This document shows positions 58,381 to 64,000 of a stretch of 64,000 nucleotides of DNA, piece after piece. Every line of letters begins with the position of its first letter. Positions within the stretch are counted from its first letter, which is position 1. The DNA comes from Thermoanaerobaculia bacterium (lineage in GTDB: Bacteria > Acidobacteriota > Thermoanaerobaculia > Gp7-AA8). The notes below the pieces were generated by a model that worked only from the letters and a program-made list of their open reading frames with translations, was not told the DNA's origin and ran no database searches. The position numbers were made by a program, and so were the translations under genes. The stretch lies in the NCBI GenBank assembly GCA_036261885.1, contig DATAJY010000009.1, positions 52,814 to 116,813 on the forward strand, written 5' to 3'.

Positions 58381-58569
58381 ATGGAAACGGCGAAAGAGCA
58401 GGTTCAGCAGATCCTCGACCAGTTGCCGCAAGATGCGTCGCTTGAGGACATCCAGTACCACATCTACGTGCGGCAGAAGATCGAGCAAGGACTTGCCGAT
58501 GTTGAAACGGGCCGTGTCGTGAGTCACGCCGAGGTACAGCAACGGCTGGCGAAATGGCTTACGAAGTAA
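58381..58569 (+). CDS. type II antitoxin (RelB/ParD-like addiction module antidote)
   Basis: 62-aa protein overlapping the downstream toxin gene by 16 nt; lower GC than its surroundings. Confidence 0.55.
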   Translation: METAKEQVQQILDQLPQDASLEDIQYHIYVRQKIEQGLADVETGRVVSHAEVQQRLAKWLTK

Positions 58570-58862
58570 CGTGGTCAGAATCTGCGGTCGCAAGTCTCGT
58601 GGACGCAATCGAATATATTGCGCGGGACTCCCCGAGCTACGCCGCGGCATTTGCGGTGCGAGCTGAGCGCGCAGCGGCATCGCTTGAAACATTCCCTGAA
58701 CGAGGCCGACGCGTTCCGGAGTTCAATGACCTCGACGTTCGCGAACTGCCGGTCGCGAGCCACCGTCTCATCTACCGCGTTGGGCGTGGACGAGTGTTTC
58801 TACTGGCGCTTGTTCATCAGTCGCGAAATCTCGCATCTCTTATCGACGAAGCTACGCAATAG
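58554..58862 (+). CDS. type II toxin, RelE/ParE family
   Basis: 102 aa; ParE/RelE-like sequence (..RRVPEFNDLDVRELPVASHRLIYRVGRGRVFLLALVHQSR). Confidence 0.7.
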   Translation: MAYEVTWSESAVASLVDAIEYIARDSPSYAAAFAVRAERAAASLETFPERGRRVPEFNDLDVRELPVASHRLIYRVGRGRVFLLALVHQSRNLASLIDEATQ

Positions 58863-59060
58863 CCAGCAGCGGGCTAATTTTCTGCTGAAACCGTCACGGC
58901 CCGCTTTCGGCCCTGCTGAAGCGCCTCGTTCTTGCCGGCCTCACGGCGTCACGCTCAGCCTTCGCCACTCGACACGGCCATCCGGTTTAGCGGAAGAACG
59001 TTAGGCAGCGTCGGCGATACGACGCTACTATTACGTTCGGGCCGAAGGATTACCGAAACG

Positions 59061-59351
59061 ATGACCAGATTGGCAAACGCCACATGGGGACCGCTCTATA
59101 GCGGTCCATTACATGCGTCGTCAACGGACGCAGTGGCACCTTGGACCTACTGCTGCGTGTCGATGGACTGTCAATGCTCGCACCCAAAAGTGTGCAGCGC
59201 CGGCGCTCATTGTTCCTGCGGTCGTCCAAAGGTGTGCGTTGGAGACTGGGACTGTCACTGCGGTTACCCGATCATGTGTGTTAGGCCCAACTGCGCCTGT
59301 GGGCTACCGAAAGTTGCAACGAGCAACTGGTGCAAGCCCATCCGGCGCTGA
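59061..59351 (+). CDS. 96-aa Cys-rich repeat protein (four CxCxxP(K/I)(V/M)C repeats); metallothionein-like or RiPP-precursor-like
   Basis: 17 Cys; repeats CQCSHPKVC, CSCGRPKVC, CHCGYPIMC, CACGLPKV; atypically low GC and rare codons (aga, tta, tgt). Confidence 0.45.
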   Translation: MTRLANATWGPLYSGPLHASSTDAVAPWTYCCVSMDCQCSHPKVCSAGAHCSCGRPKVCVGDWDCHCGYPIMCVRPNCACGLPKVATSNWCKPIRR

Positions 59352-59420
59352 GCGCATTTTTCATCCGTCTGGCTATTCTCGACTCGCCCACGCCACCCGC
59401 GTCATGATCGAACCACGCCT

Positions 59421-60155
59421 TCAATGCGCGTGCATCCGGGAGAGGCTGTAAACCACCGCGCCGGCGATGGTGAGGCCGGCGAGAGTGGACGCGATCAATG
59501 CGAAGCGTGGTTTTTCGTGGACGTGCGGGAGGAGGTCGCTGGCTCCGAGGTAGAGGAGGAAGCCGGCCATGAAGGCGAGCTGGAAGGCGAGGATGCGGGG
59601 GTCGATGTCGATCACGTTCGCGAGCAGCGCGCCGATGACGGGGGCGATGGCGTCGACGAGCAGGAGCGTCACGGTGCGCCAGAGGCTGTTGCGCGTGGCG
59701 AGCATGAACGTCACGGTGTTGAGGCCGTCGGCGAAGTCGTGCGCGAGGACGGCGATGAGCACGACCACGCCGACTTCCGTTCCCGCCTGAAAGCCGACGC
59801 CGATGGCGAGGCCGTCGAGAAAGCTGTGGAACGAGAGGCCGACCGCGCCGGCGAAGCCGACGTGATGGTGATGGCCCGGCGCGTCGTGTGTTTTCTCGCT
59901 GTGGATGATGGTCAGCTTCTCGAGCAGGAAGATGGTCACGAAGCCGCCGACGAGCATGGTCATGAGCAGGCGCGAATCGGTCGCGGTTTCGTGCGCGAGC
60001 TCGAAGACCTCGGGAAGGAGGTGCAGGAAGACGACGCCGATCAGCACACCGGCGGAGAACGCCATGATCGCGTCGAGGTGTTTGCGGTACCGGTAGGCGA
60101 ACGCGCCGCCCGCCAGGGTCATCGCGAAGGCCGTGAGCGCCCATAGCGCATTCAT
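59421..60155 (-). CDS. ZIP family metal (zinc) transporter, ZupT-like
   Basis: 8 TM; His-rich loop HDAPGHHHHVGF; conserved HSFLDGLAIG and AVLAHDFADG motifs. Confidence 0.85.
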   Translation of the reverse strand: MNALWALTAFAMTLAGGAFAYRYRKHLDAIMAFSAGVLIGVVFLHLLPEVFELAHETATDSRLLMTMLVGGFVTIFLLEKLTIIHSEKTHDAPGHHHHVGFAGAVGLSFHSFLDGLAIGVGFQAGTEVGVVVLIAVLAHDFADGLNTVTFMLATRNSLWRTVTLLLVDAIAPVIGALLANVIDIDPRILAFQLAFMAGFLLYLGASDLLPHVHEKPRFALIASTLAGLTIAGAVVYSLSRMHAH

Positions 60156-60263
60156 GCGGCGCGGATTGTAAGCCGGCCCGGCCGGCCGCGCATGTCGTTC
60201 CGGAGAACAAAAAAGGCGACGCCGGCAGCGTCGCCTCTCTCTCGACTCGGAATGCCCCGCCGC

Positions 60264-60503
60264 TTACGCCGCGTAGACACGCACGAGAAACACCGTGTCT
60301 TCTTTCTTCACGGTGGCGATCGACTCCCGCCCCCGCGCCGGGTTGCTGTAGCTGACCAGTTCCGCGGCGCTTTCCCGCACGTACCGCGTGATCGCTTCAC
60401 TGGCGTCCGAGGCCTCGACGGTGGTCCGGCGGGACTCCACGTCGCAGGCAGGACGGTGCGTGTACTCACTCGTCAGTTCACGCGTCTCGATCGTATATTG
60501 CAA
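60264..60503 (-). CDS. small hypothetical protein (TTG start, good SD)
   Basis: 79-aa ORF; ggagggg 6 nt upstream of the TTG start. Confidence 0.35.
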   Translation of the reverse strand: MQYTIETRELTSEYTHRPACDVESRRTTVEASDASEAITRYVRESAAELVSYSNPARGRESIATVKKEDTVFLVRVYAA

Positions 60504-60572
60504 AAGATCCCCTCCGGATTTTCGTTTGCTGCAAATCCCGGCTCAGCAAGCGATACGCCAGAATTCGCCGCT

Positions 60573-62261
60573 TCAGCGCTCGCGCATGTAGTCATGAATG
60601 AGCTGCACGGCCATCGCTCCCTCGCCCACCGCGGAGCCGACGCGCTTGACCGACCCATGCCGCACGTCGCCGGCCACGAACACGCCGGGCATGCTGCTTT
60701 CGAGCGGCGCCGGCCAGCGGTCGCGCGGCCAGCCCTGCAGCTGCTGGCGCCGCAGATCGCGGCCGGTGATGACGAAGCCCTGCTTGTCACGCGCGACGGC
60801 GCCGGTCAGCCAGTCGGTCCGCGGCTTCGCGCCGATCCAGATGAAGAGCGCATCGGTCTGCAGTTCGCGTTTCTCCCCGCTCTCGAGATCTTCGATGACC
60901 ACCGCTTCGACGCGCTCTTCCCCTTTCACCTCGGCGACGCTGGTCTTTGTCAACAGTTCTACGTTCGGCAGAGCCTCGATGCGATCGACGAGATAGCGGG
61001 ACATGGTCGTCTCCAGCGAGGGGTCGATCGTGATGATGGTCAACTTCTTGACGTATCGGGCGAGCAGCAGCGCCGCCTGGGCCGCGGAGTTGCCGCTGCC
61101 GAGGAGACAGACCTCGCGGTCTTTGAAGCGCGCGGCCTCGGCGGCGGCCGCGCCGTAATACACGCCGGCACCGGTGAGCCGCTCCGCCCCTTTCCCTTCG
61201 AACCGTTTGTACGCGACGCCCATCGCCAGCAGCACCGTGTGACTGGCGATGCGCGTGCCGTCGTCGAGCTCGATCACGCGATAGCCGCGGTCGTCGTGCA
61301 GCCCTTTCGCGCTTTTCGTGAGCAGGATCTCGGTACCGAACTTCTGCGCCTGCGACACCGCGCGCGACGCGAGCTCCGCGCCGGAGAGTCCTTCCGGGAA
61401 GCCGAGATAGTTTTCGATGAGCGCACTCGATCCGGCCTGCCCGCCCGGCACGTCGCGTTCGACGATGACCGTGCGCAATCCTTCCGAGCTCGCGTAGACC
61501 GCCGCGGCCAGTCCGGCCGGACCGCCGCCGACGATGACGAGGTCATAGAACGACTCGTCGGGCGTCGTGCTGAAGCCGAGCTTCCGGGCGATGTCTTCAT
61601 CCGTCGGATCGACGAGCTCCGAACCGTCGGGAAAGATGATGTGCGTGCCTCGATGCGCATCGTCCGCGTCATCGGGCTCCCCTTCATCGGGATCGACATA
61701 GCGATACGGCACCCGGTGCCGCGCGAGCAGATCCTTCACGTCGTGACAGCGCGGCTGCCATTGATCGCCGACGATGCGCACGACGTCGCTTTCGACCGAT
61801 GTCGACTCCCAGGCGCGCAGCGCATCGCGCAGGATCGGCTCGAGCGAAACCTCCGGCGCATCCCACGGCTCGTCGACGCTGAAGTCGATCAGCCCTTCAC
61901 GCTTTGCCTCATTCGCGAACTGCGGATTGACGTCGTCGGCGTAGAGGATGACTTTGACGCCGGACGAAACGCGTTTGGCCTGCTGCAGGAGCTCGCGCAG
62001 CGCATCCTCTTCGCGAAGATGGCGAACGAGCAGCAGCGCGACCGGCTGCTTGCGCGCGGCGGCGTCTTCGAGGGCGTGCCGCGCGTCGTCGGCCGAACGC
62101 GTGGCCACGACGTCGAACATCGTCGAACAATCCGCGAGCAGGAAGTCCCGCCCGCGGGCGAGATGCTCCGTGTGCGGTTCGAGCAGAAGAACCAGAGGGC
62201 GTGCAACCGAGCTCACGCCCTCGCCCTCTGCGAACGCGATGCCGCAGAGTGTGCCAGGCAT
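60573..62261 (-). CDS. thioredoxin-reductase-like FAD/NAD(P) pyridine nucleotide-disulfide oxidoreductase with N-terminal receiver-like and thioredoxin-fold-like extensions; start uncertain (62261 or 62354)
   Basis: C-terminal TrxR-like part: YDLVIVGGGPAGLAAAVYA, LLGSGNSAAQAALLL, GDVRHGSVKRV; N-terminus resembles a CheY receiver but has Glu where the phospho-Asp is expected (LLLEPH). Confidence 0.7.
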   Translation of the reverse strand: MPGTLCGIAFAEGEGVSSVARPLVLLLEPHTEHLARGRDFLLADCSTMFDVVATRSADDARHALEDAAARKQPVALLLVRHLREEDALRELLQQAKRVSSGVKVILYADDVNPQFANEAKREGLIDFSVDEPWDAPEVSLEPILRDALRAWESTSVESDVVRIVGDQWQPRCHDVKDLLARHRVPYRYVDPDEGEPDDADDAHRGTHIIFPDGSELVDPTDEDIARKLGFSTTPDESFYDLVIVGGGPAGLAAAVYASSEGLRTVIVERDVPGGQAGSSALIENYLGFPEGLSGAELASRAVSQAQKFGTEILLTKSAKGLHDDRGYRVIELDDGTRIASHTVLLAMGVAYKRFEGKGAERLTGAGVYYGAAAAEAARFKDREVCLLGSGNSAAQAALLLARYVKKLTIITIDPSLETTMSRYLVDRIEALPNVELLTKTSVAEVKGEERVEAVVIEDLESGEKRELQTDALFIWIGAKPRTDWLTGAVARDKQGFVITGRDLRRQQLQGWPRDRWPAPLESSMPGVFVAGDVRHGSVKRVGSAVGEGAMAVQLIHDYMRER

Positions 62262-62393
62262 TACTGATCGCGAATGCAGATGAGCATGCGGATTTCCGCG
62301 TGCCGGCGTTACGCTGTCTGTACTATCTTCAGCCTTAGCAGGCACGACCGGCATTGTGTTTGCTTAGAACCCATCAGGAAGAACTGACCCAAA

Positions 62394-62831
62394 ATGCGGA
62401 GCACTCGAGTGCTGGTAGTGGATGATGAACCGGCGATTCGCGCGCTGGTGACGAAGATCGTCGAACGCCAGGGATTCACCGTCGACAGCGCGCGCGATGG
62501 CGCCGATGCGATCGCGAAGCTCGAACAACAGAGCTACGGCGTGATCGTGCTCGATCTGATGATGCCGAACATCGACGGCTACGGTCTCATCGAATACATC
62601 AAGCATCAGAGCGACGTTCGCCCGGCCATCATCGTCGTCAGCGCCGGCGACTCCGTGTCGCTGCGGCGTCTCGACGGCTCGATGGTGCATTCGATCGTCC
62701 GCAAGCCGTTCGACATCGACGTCCTCGGCGATCTCATCGCCGCCGCCGCGCGGACGATGGACGAACAGCAGCAACAGGCGCAGCACGATAAGGGCGTGCT
62801 CCCCTTCCGCAAGACCGATTCGGTCTGCTGA
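62394..62831 (+). CDS. single-domain response regulator (CheY-like receiver)
   Basis: VLVVDDEP, phospho-acceptor context VIVLDLMMP, K in VRKPF. Confidence 0.8.
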   Translation: MRSTRVLVVDDEPAIRALVTKIVERQGFTVDSARDGADAIAKLEQQSYGVIVLDLMMPNIDGYGLIEYIKHQSDVRPAIIVVSAGDSVSLRRLDGSMVHSIVRKPFDIDVLGDLIAAAARTMDEQQQQAQHDKGVLPFRKTDSVC

Positions 62832-62882
62832 TCCGCCGCCGGCGGTCGAGAGGATCGCGTAAGCTCTCCGCGCAACGTCTTC

Positions 62883-63410
62883 ATGCGCATCCTCGCCATT
62901 TCCGGCAGCCTTCGTGACCAGTCGACGAACTCCCGTCTGTTGCGCGCGGCAAAACTCCTCGCCCCGCCCGACCTCACGATCGAGCTCTACGCACATCTCG
63001 GCGAGCTCCCGCACTTCAATCCCGATCTCGATGAAGACGAGCCTCCGCCGATCGTCGCGCAGTTGCGTGAAGCCGTCGGCGCCGCGGATGCGCTGCTGCT
63101 CTGCAGTCCCGAATACGCGCACGGCGTGCCCGGCACGTTGAAGAACGCGCTCGACTGGCTGGTGGCGAGCCGGGAGATGCCGGGAAAAATCATCGCGCTC
63201 GTGAACGCCTCGGGCCGCGCGGTTCACGCGCAGGCGCAGCTCGCCGAGACGCTGCGCACGATGGCGACGCAGGTGCTCGAGCTCACGATCGCACTCGATG
63301 GACGGCGCATCGACGAACAGGCGATGGCCGCGGATGCGGAGATCGCGGCGCGTTTGCTCGGCGTCTTCGAGGCGGTCCGGACACGAGCGGCAGCGTCATC
63401 GCAAAAGTAA
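62883..63410 (+). CDS. NADPH-dependent FMN reductase (flavodoxin-like fold)
   Basis: MRILAISGSLRDQSTNSRLL; LLLCSPEYAHGVPGTLKNALDW. Confidence 0.8.
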   Translation: MRILAISGSLRDQSTNSRLLRAAKLLAPPDLTIELYAHLGELPHFNPDLDEDEPPPIVAQLREAVGAADALLLCSPEYAHGVPGTLKNALDWLVASREMPGKIIALVNASGRAVHAQAQLAETLRTMATQVLELTIALDGRRIDEQAMAADAEIAARLLGVFEAVRTRAAASSQK

Positions 63411-63425
63411 CGCTAGAGTACGCAC

Positions 63426-63812
63426 ATGAAACGAATCGCCTTCCTCGCTTTGCTCGCGCTGGCCTGCAATCGTCAGGAGACACCGCAGTCGGTGCAGAAC
63501 GCCGCGCCACAGTCGATGGAGAACAGCGGCAACGCGGCGCGCGGCAAAGAGCTCATCAACCAGTACGGCTGCAACGTCTGCCACGTGGTGCCGGGCGTGG
63601 ACGGACCGGCCGGCATTCTCGGACCGTCGCTCGCGGGCATGGCCTCGCGTCCGACGATCAGCAACGGCGTCGTGCAGAACACTCCGGAGAATCTCCTGAA
63701 GTTCATCCAGAACCCGCCCACCGTGAACCCGCAGAGCGCCATGCCGCCGCCGATGGGCATGACGCCCGACGATGCGAAGGATCTCGTGGCGTTCCTGCAG
63801 ACCTTGAAGTGA
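63426..63812 (+). CDS. monohaem class I c-type cytochrome, lipoprotein
   Basis: lipobox LALACN; CNVCH haem motif; distal Met-Pro-rich segment (SAMPPPMGM). Confidence 0.75.
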   Translation: MKRIAFLALLALACNRQETPQSVQNAAPQSMENSGNAARGKELINQYGCNVCHVVPGVDGPAGILGPSLAGMASRPTISNGVVQNTPENLLKFIQNPPTVNPQSAMPPPMGMTPDDAKDLVAFLQTLK

Positions 63813-64000
63813 GCGGTGCGCGGCGGGGTGTCGCCGATCAGGCACACATTCCGCAAACACTAGCGCTCGGTGACGTTCTACATTCGCAAGGCGCTCCCGA
63901 ATGGGCGCATTCGCTTCGGCGTGTCGCCGCGCAGTCTCCGCGATGAAATCGATTCCGCCGCCGAGCTTTCGACCGGCGGTCGCGGCGAGTTCCTGCGCAA

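Overview
High-GC (~68%) bacterial chromosomal window, compatible with an Acidobacteriota/Gemmatimonadota-like organism (a guess from gene content and composition only). I call about 55 protein-coding genes, no rRNA, tRNA or CRISPR array, and two families of palindromic REP/MITE-like repeats. Main content: (i) a minus-strand operon of a radical-SAM/Cys-rich-domain enzyme, a DUF2064-type transferase, an FAD oxidoreductase, a CMD-family protein and two GNAT acetyltransferases; (ii) a co-directional block of quinol-type nitric oxide reductase (qNOR), an MBL-fold hydrolase and an MtrC-MtrA-MtrB-like porin-cytochrome conduit (two decahaem cytochromes plus a large beta-barrel), closed by a textbook intrinsic terminator; (iii) M16 peptidases, a patatin-like lipase, ABC transporters including an ABC-2-permease/M1-aminopeptidase fusion, BipA/TypA, a Ser/Thr kinase with TolB-like propeller, sirtuin, Ogt and LOG; (iv) a two-gene module of a TIR-domain protein and a membrane-anchored nSTAND-type NTPase whose C-terminal chymotrypsin-fold domain is degenerate (GDAGGP, no His) - my top candidate for an undescribed NTP-dependent defence/conflict system; (v) a low-GC islet carrying a ParE/RelE-like toxin-antitoxin pair and a 96-aa Cys-rich repeat peptide next to a ZIP metal transporter. 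Also of note: a ~730-bp composite repeat element bounded by (TTGAAAA)n inverted repeats, a 22-aa poly-Lys micro-ORF with a perfect Shine-Dalgarno sequence, and several candidate regulatory palindromes and hairpins.
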